Shown here piece by piece: positions 1 through 13,395 of a stretch of 64,000 nucleotides of DNA (positions are counted from its first letter, which is position 1; every line of letters begins with the position of its first letter). Both the position numbers and the translations under genes were made by a program. Below the pieces are notes generated by a model. That model was not told where the DNA came from and searched no databases. It saw only the letters and a program-made list of their open reading frames with translations. This DNA is from Botryllus schlosseri (Eukaryota), in NCBI GenBank assembly GCA_051294905.1, contig CM119371.1:16060001-16124000 (forward strand), read 5' to 3'.

Positions 1-1013
1 TGACCAATATAGGGAATTACCAATATTGTAGAAATAATTAAATACATGGTATAAAGTTTTCCCGCGCACTGCGCGACTACTCATACGAACACAAATATGA
101 CGGTAAGACGTGCTATTCTGTTAGTGGTAAGAACGCCCGGCACAAAGAAGGTCTGGAGGGCGAACCCCCCAGGATTTTGGTTTATGATCATATAAGGGGC
201 CAAGACCAACGTTTAGGGGGGCTGTCGAAGTAATGTTGAGACCCTAATTATATATATTTGCTCTGGTTCGTTGCAATAAGATGCAGTACCCATAGCGTTT
301 TGCAGTTACGTTTCAATATAAATAATTCATTGTTTCTTAACCTTCGCTCCAGCGCCAACGAGGCGGCGATTTTAACTTTGAAGGGGGCGGCAACACCAAA
401 GGGGCGATATGGGGCACGCCGGCACTAAAAGGGGGCGCATAAGAAAAATGAATTAGCAGTAGATGTTGTACTGTAGTTGTCATAATGATATAAAAAAAAA
501 CTATAGCTCACTACATTCATACGTTCTTGTTGCGTGTGCAATTGTATATGGCTGTTATCCTTCATGTCAATGCGAAATCTCCCTTCCTACCGTTCCATCA
601 CACCTAATAGGGGATTTATCGAAGATATCTGACAACTAAGCAGCACACGGCGTGTGGAAATGTAGGGGAAAAGCCCGATGCCGCTTTGGAGAATGACAAC
701 TTCTCGTACTGTATACATAGCCTACTTTTAAGCCTACTAGTCAAAATGATAAACTAGATATTCTCGAATTTCAGAGATTAAAAATTGGTAATGCTCTTCG
801 ACATTTTCAGTGTGCTATGATGAGGGTTGTATTTAAAACAAACGGTGTTTTAAAACACTCTGTTTAAAACATATATTAAACAGTGTTTTAAACAAAGGTC
901 TTTAAAAAATTGTGTTTTTTTAGTTGTAAAATTATTCCATAATTGTGTAAAAGATTATGAAACAGCACTGCTCCAAATGAATTTGCGTTCGTGAATAGAG
1001 ATATACCCTATTC

Positions 1014-1080
1014 TAGGGTTACCATACGTCCTCTGAGCCGGGAAATTGACCTTTTTTTAGTCCAATATATGGTAACCCTA
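1014..1080. mobile_element. 67-bp Blackjack-type mini-MITE
   Basis: TIR TAGGGTTACCATA / TATGGTAACCCTA with TSD CCCTATTC / CCCTATTT. Confidence 0.8.
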
Positions 1081-1392
1081 CCCTATTTACATTCGTAAAG
1101 TCATTCATTACGAATGAGCGGGAGAAAGAACGAACTACTAAACGAGCGAACAAGAACTAACGAATGGGTCGTGTAGTTCATCCTTGTACAATGTACATTA
1201 CTCCGCCATCAATTTGCACCTATGAATTGCTCCTCATTACCTGAATCTGGCCCATGACCAGACGATGAACCTTTGGAATTGCGTTAGTGTTGTACACCAC
1301 GTATGCGACTACATAACAGGTTTGTCTGAAACGAAATGCGAAAAAGACAATGTTGAACACGTCCATAAGTATACTGACGATTTCCACTAATG

Positions 1393-1993
1393 CAGGGGCG
1401 GGCAACTTCTTCGGTCGGCGGGCCTGATGCAGAAAATTGAAGTTGGCGTGTCGGATAACAGAATCAATACATTAATCGCGTATTCATCCATACCTGTACG
1501 AGTACAAGGAGTAATACAAGGATTGACTTTCAATTGCGCACATTTATCGTAGTTAATGTAAACTTTAAGTCTAAAGCATAGATCCTCAAAATAGTATTTA
1601 ATGAATTTATGAACCTAATGTAGCCTACTTCCATAGCTGTCGAAGTCACTCAGACATCTGTGGTACATCAAAGTTATCAACATGTTCTTCGAAATGTGGC
1701 TGTATGTCGGATGCAGAAACCCTAAGTACAGACCGCACGTGAACAATTTAGATTGGAACGCAGCCCTGTCTTGTTATGTTCAGGGTTGGAAATGTTTGCT
1801 CGCAAATGTATGCAGACCCACCGGTCAGAACAAGTATAGTTTCATGATAATCTTTCTCAGGTTGCCAAACCTGGATTCTTGCTATGGAAAATGAAATTTG
1901 TCAATACTTTCAGATTAGAATTGCACTTTTACGGTAGAAACTCTCTGCGGGCCGCTCAAAATCCATTTGCATCCCGCATTTTACCCTCCCCTG
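1393..1993. mobile_element. hAT MITE
   Basis: CAGGGG..CCCCTG termini and perfect TSD CACTAATG. Confidence 0.82.
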
Positions 1994-2552
1994 CACTAAT
2001 GGAACACGATTCCCATTTCGTGACTTGCAGGGAGAACGGAAAGAACTTCCTAATTTTTACTGGAATTACAGGGATCGAAAAAATAGGCAAGCGCATCGCC
2101 AGCGCTAAGTCGCAGGAAATACGTTACCCGTCATTTTTCTATAAGACTGATCGTTTATGCGTTAGCAGCCACGCTATTGCGTTAGTGTGCTCTAGAGAGA
2201 AATCCAGAGAAAACCGTAGAGGCATCTGAAAGTGTCTACCGCTGCTGGATACATGTGGTTTGTCTGAGGATACCTTCTTGAAAACCGCCAGTATATCTAT
2301 GAACTGTTCGCAGTCCTTTAATATACGTTGACATTGCAGCTTTTCGTCAAAAATGTAGAAAGAGCGGAGACCTATATAATTCGTTGAATATTAGTCCCCA
2401 TCGACGACCCCTCGCAAAATATATGCTTTGTAACTACAAAACTTATGTACCATCATTGGACTGTGAGCACGTCACGTGTTGTTAGCGATATGAATTCAAA
2501 ACTGCTATTGCAGTTTTGCACGAGCGAGTGCACATAACAATACGGTATTGGT

Positions 2553-3092
2553 CGGGGCTGCGGGCTTGGTTCATTTTACGACCAACTCCAACTCCGACTC
2601 CATATACATTTTCAATATACCGACTTCTACTCTGACTCAGACCCCAGAAACTTGAAACACTCCGACTCCAATTATTTTATTCACAAAACTCCGACTACAA
2701 CTCCACCATTCCTACAGAGAATAGATCTATTCAGACAATTTTGCGTTGATTACATATCAGGTAGGCCTAATACTTTCAAAAGTGAATCAACGTATTTTTT
2801 TCGAATTAACAAAAATTAGGTTTGTAAAAATTCAAGTGCGTGTAAAATTGATTATGTGTGTAGCTTCAACGGTACGATTTAGTACGATTCGAGAACAGTT
2901 TGTTCAATTTAAAAGCAGCTGGAGTGGGTTTCCGACCATTTTAACAAACTCCGACTCCCGAGTCCAACCACGAAATGTTTCTGCAACTCCGACTCCTACG
3001 AATCTTACAAAATACTTCCAACTCCTACTTCATCCATAGAAAATGTAACGAGAATCTGATTACGACTCCACGACTCCGACACCATAGCCCTG
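2553..3092. mobile_element. hAT-type MITE with CCGACT arrays, upstream of the PLAT gene
   Basis: CGGGGCTG..AGCCCTG ends, TSD GTATTGGT / CTATTGAT (6/8), and repeated ACTCCG. Confidence 0.7.
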
Positions 3093-3349
3093 CTATTGAT
3101 GCATCGCCCACAATTTCATATCGCTCATCTTACGCAATCACTTCTATTTGTGTCCTTCGTCTTGAATTGGTGATTCATTGGTTAGTTATGTAGACGCTGC
3201 GATCAAATAACAATGCTGCTTTGGACTCCAAACGCGCACCGTTGCGAAATAGTTCCATTGTCCAAATGAGATCGACCAAGACAGAGATATTAATATCGAT
3301 TCCTATCTAACAGGTCAGTCGCTGAGATAATTTACAGCAAAAATTCAAC

Positions 3350-4681
3350 ATGATTTTCTATCTGTTACTGTTGCTGGTTGCGGTCGCTCAGTGTACACCG
3401 CGGACAGATATGGAAGGTTCGAAATATCGCGCATGTATCCATAAGTAGCATTATTAAGGAAACATCTATGTTCAGTATACACTATTCATGTCCATACCGC
3501 CGATCGCAAAGACGCCGGAACTAACGCAAACGTATATCTCACGATTTTCGGTGAATTGGGTACCACAGCCGAGCATCTTTTAGATACTCCAAACTACGAC
3601 GACTTCGAGCGAGGCAATCGCGACGTGTTCGATATTTTCGACATCGGCGTGGGAGAGATTCAAAAAATTCGTATCCGTAAGTATTTCATAGTGTTCAATT
3701 TAACAGTCATCCTTATCACTGAGGTATGTGAGCTTCATATGCGTATTTACATTTAAATATGGGACGCCATATTATGGGATATTGCTAGTTGCACATTCGT
3801 GTGTTTCCTCAGCTTGATACACAAGCAACACGTCGTGTCGTATGAAAGGTCCGAGCCACAAGTCAATCTCACTTTTATAGTGTTGAATCGAGTCAAGTCG
3901 ATTCATTTTCAATTCACCACCGAGTCAAGCCCGAGTCCAAGTCATCGAGCAGAGGGTCGAGTCGAGCTATAGTACTATGACTCGAGTACGAATCCAAGTC
4001 ATTGTGTTAACTGCTACGTTTCTAGTTAAAGTCTTGCTAAATCCACTTTATATAACTCTGTTTTGTGATATCGAATGGTCGCATTGATAATATACTAATT
4101 TCTATCATTTTAAACGTTTTCTGGTCGCATTTTAAAGTACCAGTAACAATAGACGAAATCCCAATAGGGTGGTTACTTTACTATTCTTCGAATTTACAAT
4201 GAAATGTAGGTCTTGGCCGTCTGACTCTCGAGTCATGCGCAAGTACTCGAGTCCAAGTCGAGTCAATAACAGATTGACTCGAGTCAATACAATACAATGG
4301 TATTTCTTCGCAGGCCGCGACAAACATATCGCCATTGTTGAATACGAGACACTAAATTCAGATTTGTACGACGTGCATTGTAAATACATACAAATGTGCA
4401 TGCCAAGCCTATCAACATTATACGTAGCAAATCCTCCTAGCAATAGAATAGGGCGTGTGTGAAACATGTCACTACCGTCGTCACTGCTTGTCATGCCTGC
4501 AATGATATTTCTAGGCCATGACAATGCCGGTTCCAAGCCTGGTTGGTATTTGGAAGATCTCACGGTGGATGTGGCTGCAGACAATACCTCAGCGGATTTT
4601 CCTTGCAATTGGTGGCTTGCTTCAGACGAAGCTGGAGGAATCAACCGAATACTGTCGCCCGGAGAAAGCTGTCAGCCCTAG
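3350..4681 (+). CDS. Secreted stand-alone PLAT/LH2-domain protein, 3 exons (3350-3416, 3476-3676, 4515-4681), 144 aa
   Basis: GT..AG introns 3417-3475 and 3677-4514 (both phase 1) join into one open frame: signal peptide MIFYLLLLLVAVAQC, then VYTIHVHTADRKDAGTNANVYLTIFGELG..DFERGNRDVF..VGEIQKIRIRHDNAGSKPGWYLEDLTV..FPCNWWLA, the PLAT consensus. TAG at 4679-4681; AATAAA at 4746-4751. Confidence 0.9.
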
Positions 4682-5170
4682 TTCTTCTGCTAGGCTCGTA
4701 TTATCATAGTACACGCCTGGGGCTGATTTATTGACTTGATTAAGCAATAAAATCTACGCGCAATATATTTTCGTGGGTACCTGTCATATGAACAAATGTT
4801 CTGGATATGATTCGAAGGCAATTGAGATTTAGTATCGTGCAGTCAGGCCAGGAAAGATTACTTGTCGCCGTGAATACACAATCATACGAAGAAAGGGTTG
4901 TGTGACAACGATTCAGTGTTTTACATCCTCTCAGAACAAGTTTATACACGCAATTGTACAAATACCGATCGCTTACGCTACCGACACAATGCGAGTAAAA
5001 GGAGCTGTCAGATCCTGAGTAAGCAAGAGCAGCCTACAGCGAACAGGTTCATGAGAATAAAGGCGACCAAGGGATCAGGGTAGCATCGGGGTGTTTTAGT
5101 CAGGCGATAAAGATCGGGATTACACTCGCTTCAAGCATACATTGTAGTTACATCAATATAAATTTATATA

Positions 5171-7709
5171 GGGGAGATGTGGTGCCGATGGATCACTGGG
5201 ACCGAAAATACTTTGAAAATTCTTTATGATAATTCCATGATTACACTCCGTGAACTTGTCTACAATTGCTTGCTGGCAAAATCTTTCCTCACATACAAAA
5301 AAATTCGACGTGCGCGAGCTGTGGGGTCTCTCACAGATGTTTTTTGTTTTGGTGGGTGTACAGTAAATTTATATCGACATATACATTTTTCTTTGTAACC
5401 TTCAACACGAACAAACCAGCAATCATTTTTATTGTGAAATGTAGAGCTTGTGTCAGGCCATATAATGGCACCTATTATTTTTTTCAGTACTTTCCTTGAG
5501 TGGAATTTTTTTCGATTCATGTATAAAATTCGTAGGGTGGGGACCGATGATACAATAGCCAAATCAAGCAACATAATCAAGCATATACTAATCATAAAAC
5601 AAATGAAACATGCCTACGTACAGAAAATATTTATGTAATAATTGCATATGATGTTTTATCACTATAACGAGGTACTTGAAAGTCACACTGTCGATTTTCG
5701 GGCAATATGTATGTACCCTCAAATTCATAAGCCCGAGTCTAAATCGAAACGCGATTTTATGACAACATTTGAGTTAATATTTCTTCTATTTTTTGACGGT
5801 TGCGATGAAACATTCTTCTTTGGCTTACTGTAGCTTAGATCAGTGCTCTTCAACCGGGGTGGTCGTACACCCTAGGGTGTACCAGAATTTGCAAAGGGTG
5901 TACCACTCGGATGGGGTGTACAGGGGTGTACCAGATCCGAATTACAATGAGCCGATGGCTAGCTATTACAAAGGCAGGTTTATGGGTCAGGACAGGTTGA
6001 CGCACAGGTTAATGAGCATGCAGCACCGTAACTGCCACACCCCAAACCCCCCAATTGGGGGGCTGAGCTCGAAGGGGGCCCCAAATTATTTCGTGAATTA
6101 ACATAAATTATGGCGTATTTTTTGAAAATTTATGCAATTTTTTCCAAAATTTTTCGCGCTGCGCGCGATTTAAAGTTGCCAATTATGTTCTTTATTTGGT
6201 ACTCTTCCACCAAGAAAAAACACGCAACATTTATAGAAATGGACATATCGGCGTTGGCCATTAACACGCCACCACGCACCAAGATATATTATGATTTAGT
6301 ACTTATTACATGCGACTCCAAGACGTGTGCCAGAACGATCGGCAGCGCGAAAAGTTTGGCCGAAACGGACTGCCCTTACGCAGACCGAAAACTTCGTTAT
6401 ATATACCAAATAATAGGTTTGATTGTTCATAGGCGCCTAAATGACTGGCGCCATATGTTCCTGTCTTGGCAATCTGAACCTCAGAAGACAAATACCATCC
6501 AGCAAGAAAAAAATATATCCCAGTGAAGAAATACCAATTTGAAATCGTGTGCGTCTTTTAGTTTAGTACGTTAGAGCAATTCTATATTTTTGATATAGCA
6601 GACAGGAGGTCACGAAATAAAATCATGTAACGAAGTCATACCAACGGGTCCGCCCACCCGAAAATGTTTAATTATTATTTATGGGCCCTACAGTTTCCGG
6701 CAAATCTGATAACATGAGCAGAGAGGACAAGATATTGATAGCAATATATATGCAATGCAATCTTATTGGCCGATTGTATCATGAATTATCGAAAATTTTC
6801 GCGCTTCGAGCTGGCACACTAAACAGTGCAGCAAATTTCTCGGCAAAAGCGAACACTGTGATGAGGGGTGGGTTTATCACCCTATGAGAACCCAAAACCC
6901 AAGTTTTTTTTGGGGGGGGGGGGGCTGACGAAGTGCTGTTTCGTTCCTGCCAACGGGTATACGCCCGAAGATGTCTAATTATTATTGGGATGTCCTACAA
7001 TTTTAAAACAGACTTCGCTCAGCTCTACCGGTGAATCTGAGAGGATCGAAATTGATAGCAATATATATGTAATTCCCGATCATATTGCCCGATTACATTC
7101 TTGAATTACTGAAATTATTCGCGCTTCGCGCGTCTAGGCGGGAAAAGCGGTCTCACATAACGTACACTAGGCTTACCATATTTTCAAATTTTTCTTTATT
7201 TATTTTCCCGTAGCAATGCGGCTACTGGTTGGAATCGCACCAAATTTGGTGTGTAGGCTTAAATTAGGTAACCTAACAATTTTATCAAGTAGCCAGTACG
7301 ATTTGAGAAAAAAAGTCATTTTTGAAGACCCCTAATGAACAGGGGTGTACGAGTTTTGAGCAAACGTTAAAAGGGTGTACCACTCCGAAAAAGGTTGAAG
7401 AGCACTGGCTTAGATTATAATACTGAGCAAGAAAAGTTGTCACATCTGAGGTATTTAGGGTATAGGTGTCATAGATCCCCGGGTCGTGTGCCATTGGACC
7501 CACCGGGTGGGGACCGATGACACGTTCGAGCAACAAATTTTGAACGTCCATAAATATTTTTTGAAAACACGGATATTCATGTATATGTGCGCGATGGGTA
7601 GAGCTTGTATCAAAGTGCTGAGCCAGCAAAAGATTTGCTGTTTTCGGCTGAACATTCTGGGGCCAGCGATCATTTTCCAATTTTTGATCAATCGGTACCA
7701 CATCTCCCC
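5171..7709. mobile_element. TA-flanked non-autonomous DNA transposon (Tc1/mariner-pogo-like) hosting a hAT MITE
   Basis: TIR GGGGAGATGTGGT(G/A)CCGAT(G/T)GATCA of about 25 bp, with TA on both sides. Confidence 0.78.
5841..7407. mobile_element. Nested non-autonomous hAT
   Basis: TIR CAGTGCTCTTCAACC and perfect TSD GCTTAGAT. Confidence 0.9.
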
Positions 7710-7819
7710 TACTTATGATCGACTATTTTAACCAATTACCCTCAATTGTGACCCTGTGCAATATACAATTTCGCGCGGTAAAACCGTTGTAACTTAAAAC
7801 CTGTGAACTAACGTTAGTA

Positions 7820-8415
7820 CAGGGTTGTAATGACTCGAGTCATGACTCGACTCGAGTCAGACTCGAGTCACGATTTTCTGATGACTCGACTTGACTCGAG
7901 TCATTTTTTCAAAATACGGAAATGACTCGACTCGACTCGAGTCATTATGTGTATTGACTCGACTTGAACTCGAGTCATTGCCCATGACTCGAACCAAGTC
8001 ATATGACTCGAGACTCAGACGGTCAAGACCGACATTTCATTGTCATTTCGAAGAACAGTAAAGTAACCAGCCTATTGGGATTTCGTCTATTGGTACTTGT
8101 ACTTGAAAATGCGACCAGAAACTGTTAAAAGTGAGGAAAATTAGTATATTATAAATGCGAACCATTCGATATCACCAAACAGAGTTATACAAGTGGGTTT
8201 AAAAGGGCTTTAACTGGCAACTGAGCCGTCAACACAATGACTTGGACTCGGACTCGAGTCATAATACCATGACTCGGACTCGAACCTCTTTTCGATGACT
8301 TGGACTCGGACTTGACTCGTTGGTGAATTGAACATGACTCGACTTGACTCGAGTCAAAACCATAAAAGTGAGATTGACTTGTGACTCGGAGCTTTGTGAC
8401 TTGGATAAAACTCTG
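7820..8415. mobile_element. GACTCGAGTC-array MITE; inverted relatives at about 3850-4285 (PLAT intron 2) and about 8655-9725
   Basis: CAGGGTTG start, dense GACTCGA/GACTT repeats, and internal sequence shared with the other copies. No clear TSD. Confidence 0.72.
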
Positions 8416-10616
8416 CAAGTAATGTATCGGGTTAAATCGGAAAAGTCGAAATTAGTATCATAACGGAGTATTCATGTTTGGAATGCGTAAAGGGAGCACA
8501 GCGCTCAAAATATGATGTGCCAAGAAAGAGAAACAATTCAAGTCGAAGCATCCGATGACATTCTTAGCCAATGGATATTGTCCACAGTAGCGTTTGTACG
8601 CACTTCAAAAGTACCATTATGTAGTGCAGGGTTGTTACCAAGTAACTAGGGTTCTGAATCACGAGTCAATCTCACTTTTATAGTTTTGACTCTAGTCAAC
8701 TCGGGACATTTTTAATTCACCACCGAGTCAAGTCCTAGTCCAAGTCAGCTAGTAGAGAGTCGAGTCAGAGTCATCGTGTTTTGACTCGAGTCCGATTCCA
8801 AGTCATCATGTTCACTTTTACATTATGTTATCCGTGTGACAATCTGTGACATGAACATGACTCAGCGATGTCCCTGCTTTTTCGATATCATCACCTCCAC
8901 CAGCACTACCGCTAACTTTGATCACGTCGGCTGAGAGAGGATTAAAATTTCATAGTGATACATGGAAGAACATATTTTATTGACAGAATTCATTTAAAAA
9001 AATTGAACGACAAGATGGACTTGGAAACCAGATGCATATGCATATCTAGTAAGCCCCAGAAGTTGCATCGATTACCCAATGATGGGCTTCAGACCAGTAA
9101 TTTTTAGGAGGGAGTTGGCTCAATATTTTCGGTTCGGTCCTCGCTACAACACACAACTACATATCTGCACAGCTTAACAGTATAGCAGGGATGTCACAAT
9201 CCCGGCGGGCCAGACAATTTCATCCGGCCCGTGCAGACGTCTGTTGTAGACAAAATGAGAATACCGACCCTAGCGATCACCAGAGCTCAAATTTTAGAGA
9301 TTGCGCAATATCCTAGTTAATTCACGACCCATGTTAAAATATGCACTCCTGTATACAATCGATAGGAAAAGCATTGCTAGTGTGACGCCATATCTGTTCA
9401 TACCTCATTTTAAAACCGACTAGGTGGCGCTAAAGAGTGTCCTGACTTTGGATCACAAAATATGGTAACCCCAGGTTCAAGCCCCTTTTTTAAACTCTGC
9501 TCGAGTGATATAGAGTGGTTCGCATAATACAGCCATACATGATATAGTAATTTTGCTCAGTTTTAACAGTTTATGGCCCTATTTTCAAGTATCAGGACTG
9601 ATAGACGAAATACCAATAAGGTGGTAACTTTACTATTCTTCTAAGTTACACTGAAACATCTTTCTTGGCCGTCCTAGTCTCGAGTCATATGACTTGGTTC
9701 GAGTCATGCACGATGACTCGAGTTTATAATTCTACATTAGTTCCCCATCATGTTATAATAAATTTTTACAGTGCCGGTACCGTATACATCCGAGCCTCGG
9801 TTGAATGACAGTTCATGAATATATAAGTTACAAGTTGAAATGAGATTCCGTGTTGTGGCATCACGTAAGGAAGCAGAGTAAGTGACGCATCACATGTTTT
9901 CACGTAACACCTAACTAAATGGGACTGTAAGATAGACGCCGCATCAAGAAACTGCAGAAGTGATGAAATAGCCTACATGCAAGAAATTTCACAAAGGGGT
10001 AAGCAGCGATGACGCATACGAGGACGAATAACGTCGACACCACAAAGACGGAGCATGTGTTATGGACAATAATTTGATAATAATCTTTAGCTGCGGTACC
10101 ATTACGGTTGCGTTCTGAAGAAAAATGCTGCTTCCAATTTTTCCCTCTATTCTATCGTGAATATTGAACGATGTCATATTCAGAGCGAAGAAGCGACATC
10201 GCTGATAAAGCTACTGGGAATTGATGTTAATAACTGCCATCGATATGAATTACATTGATTGGCAACTGACAGTGGGGAACTGATAAGTAACGTTTTTTGA
10301 GAAACTATAGCTCAGGCTCCGTTCGGTTTAATATATGTAGGCTATATAATATGTCAGTAAATTCATGTTGAGCAATATTTCGAAATAGGATTTGGTGTAT
10401 TATTTACTTGTGTTTTGTTTCGACAAGTTTCAATGAGATAGAAAACCGTAGCGTCTTGCAGTTACCTTCTAAATCCGTGGTTCCCAACCGGTGGGGAATT
10501 CAATGGTTTCTGGTGGGGAATAGACCTAGCTGTTAAACATTATATACAGGATAGTCTATGTATTTACGGAGACACCTGCGCAATCACCGTTACCAGTTAA
10601 CTGATCCGGAATGTAT

Positions 10617-12092
10617 CAGTGATGAGCATCGGAGCGGAGTCGGAGCGGAGTTTTGCCGATTTTGTGACAGTCCGAGCGGAGTCGGATTTTACTACAGATA
10701 TTTTTCAGGAGAATTTCGGAGTATTGTAGCTTTTGTCTCCGATATCTTTGGATAGCTCTGACCAGAATACACTCTTGATTATGATTACAAACCAAAACAC
10801 AGACAGTTGACACGAGGGTTGGTGTGAACGTGAGGTTCACGTTCGCGTTCTGTGTGTGAACCTCGGAAATTTAGAGGTTCGCGTTCACAACAGAACCTTG
10901 GTAGGTTCTGCACTGTGAACCTTTTGGTAAATTGTAATTTTCACTCCATTATAAGATCTTTGGCTCAAATTTATTGCATTTCAACTGCGGGCCACTCCAT
11001 TCATGGTGCTTGCAGCATAAAAAATCAACACTAAACAAGCATGCACCATGCACCTCGACAACCTTAAAAGTTTTACTTGCTTTGTTGCAAAAAGTTTCTC
11101 GAAATATCGAGCTTTCCGTTTGTGAATATTTAGTGACTCTCTGCTGTGAGCTTGACCCGCGATCACACAACATCACGAGCGATATGTAGTCAGCGAATGA
11201 TGCTTATTCAACCAATCAATGACATTGATATCGTCTTCTGATGTAAAAAATCGAACGGGCGTACGGGGTCAATCTTGACTTCATATCTTTACTGCATCAT
11301 TAAAACCAAATCTGTGCGATTAAGGTGCTTGCTACTGCTGCATAACTTGTTGTGGTATCGGTAGAGAGTATAGAAACCCGTTGTGCATTCTGCTCAATAT
11401 CAATGTAGCAATACTCAGACTCCGAACACATTGTCCGGTCCTTGGTAAGTCCTCGTCGAAATTGTTGCAAAGCGACGGAATGTATTGATTTTATGCAGTT
11501 ATTATATCCTTTGACTACCGCAGTTGATACATTTAGCGACGTTTAAAACGCCGATATGTACTTCAGCATTGTGGCATTATGTGGGCCGAGTCTTCGCTAG
11601 ATATCGTGTACATTAATATAGGGCATAGGCTATCACTTAATTGAAAGATAGGGTTGGAATGAGCAATATGACGTCACGTGACTTCACGAGGTTCACGTTC
11701 GTGTTCACACAGAACCTATCAAAAAGGTTCGCGTTCACACGAACCTGAACCTTTCAGAGGTTCACACCATCCCTAGTTGACACCTTGTAAAGTTGTAATA
11801 CGACGGGTAACATGCAAAAATGATTGCCAAGTGCATAAAAATCAGCCATCTGCACTGCAACGGGGGACTGGAGAGTAGACAATACTATAAGGCCCACCAT
11901 ATTATCAGATTAATTTACTAAAACACATTACCAATTGTGCCATGCTTGCCACTGTTTCGGATACTTGACGAGATTGATCGGAGTATCTCGGATTCTGGGA
12001 TTGTGGTCTTCGGAGTCGGAGGGAGTTTTCCTCAGACACTAAAGTTGTCGGAGGGATTCGGAGTATCGAAAAGCACTATCCGTTCATCACTG
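10617..12092. mobile_element. hAT-type MITE (TCGGAG repeats) hosting a nested element
   Basis: TIR CAGTGATGA / TCATCACTG with TSD GAATGTAT / GATTGTCT (6/8). Confidence 0.7.
10814..11775. mobile_element. hAT-type MITE (GTGAAC/GTTCAC repeats)
   Basis: Perfect TSD GTTGACAC; inverted homolog at 25899-26914. Confidence 0.88.
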
Positions 12093-13395
12093 GATTGTCT
12101 GTATCGAAAATTATATTGCGTGTAAATTTATTGCAAGTTTGTAGTAGAATGACTGAAAAAACGGTCGTTTTTCCGACTCGGCTCCAAAAATACACACTTA
12201 CGCACACTTCACATACTTCATTGAATTTTCCGTTGGTTGACTAAAAAAAGGTCAACTTTCTGACTCAACTCCCGAAAGACCCGTCGGAGCGTTACTTGAG
12301 TATTAATTTACTGCATCTCAGTTGAATTATAACACACATTTAACCCAAATATTCTAAAAAGAGGACAAATTCTCAAAAAAGAGGACATTTGGGCGTACTC
12401 CGACGACACTTCTAAAAATGTCCAAAAAGAGGACAAATCCTTGTAAAAGAAGGCGTATGGTAACCCTAGGCAACACATCATCATGCCATAACGTACCTCG
12501 TCCGTCAACTAAATCTTTCAATATTGCTGTTGTCGAGATTTATTTGTAATTAATTTAATTGTAGTTAGTGCTTTACACGGGTTTCTCGAGATCAGTATTT
12601 CTTAACCTTGGCTCCAACGCGCCCCCAGTGGACTATTTGGATTTTGAAGATGGATAAAATACTCGGGGGCGATATTGAGGAAGTTCGGACGCTGAGGGCG
12701 CCGAATATAAATAGCGTACCCAGCAGTAGATGGTGTAGATCCCCGGTTCGCAAACGTTTTTCGACAAGCCTGATGATAGGGAAAAATTACGCGCCCCGTT
12801 ATCTACATATCAAATATAATAACAACATAGCAGCCAAAATGTTTGCAATCCTAACTCATAGTTTGAAGGCCTGGAAGGTTATCACTGTTAAGAGACCTCT
12901 CAAATATGAAATCCGGACTATGCACATAACAGTAAATATGAGCTGGAAGAAAATCGCGGGGAGCGCCAACAAAGATTCAGTTGGATATTTTGTCAGAAAT
13001 AACCATGTGCAATGCATATACAGACATATTTTAGCGATTTTTGTCTTTTCTGACTTGGGCATGTGTCAAAGTTACCTGACCAAGAGCTAAATCAAAAACC
13101 AATGGTGCCGGTCGTGCGCCAATCAAGCGTTGCACTTCTTAAGCGGACAAACAATCATTGTCTTCGGTTCGCAGGTATTCGGCAAGAGAAAAATCCGATT
13201 GATGACTTTTTTACTGCCACAAAATGAACTTCTTAAGAGTGGCATTCTACAACATGAGTCCTGATCGAGTATACTCAGAGTGGCTTCGATTTTAAATTCT
13301 CGCTTCTTAGATTCAAAAGGCATACTCTACAGGGCATATGACATGACTTTATGAGAAAATATCTTATTCCTCCTTAACTTTATCTCCTTCTATAC

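Noticed and set aside
110..245. tRNA-like A/B boxes here and at about 55050-55100
   Set aside because: No complete cloverleaf could be folded. These are probably degenerate SINE heads with unsupported boundaries, not tRNA genes.
4132..4644. 170-aa minus-strand ORF
   Set aside because: It is antisense to PLAT exon 3 and runs into an intronic MITE, with no domain features.
12608..13090. 160-aa ORF
   Set aside because: Non-ATG start, no recognisable motif, and no supporting splice structure.
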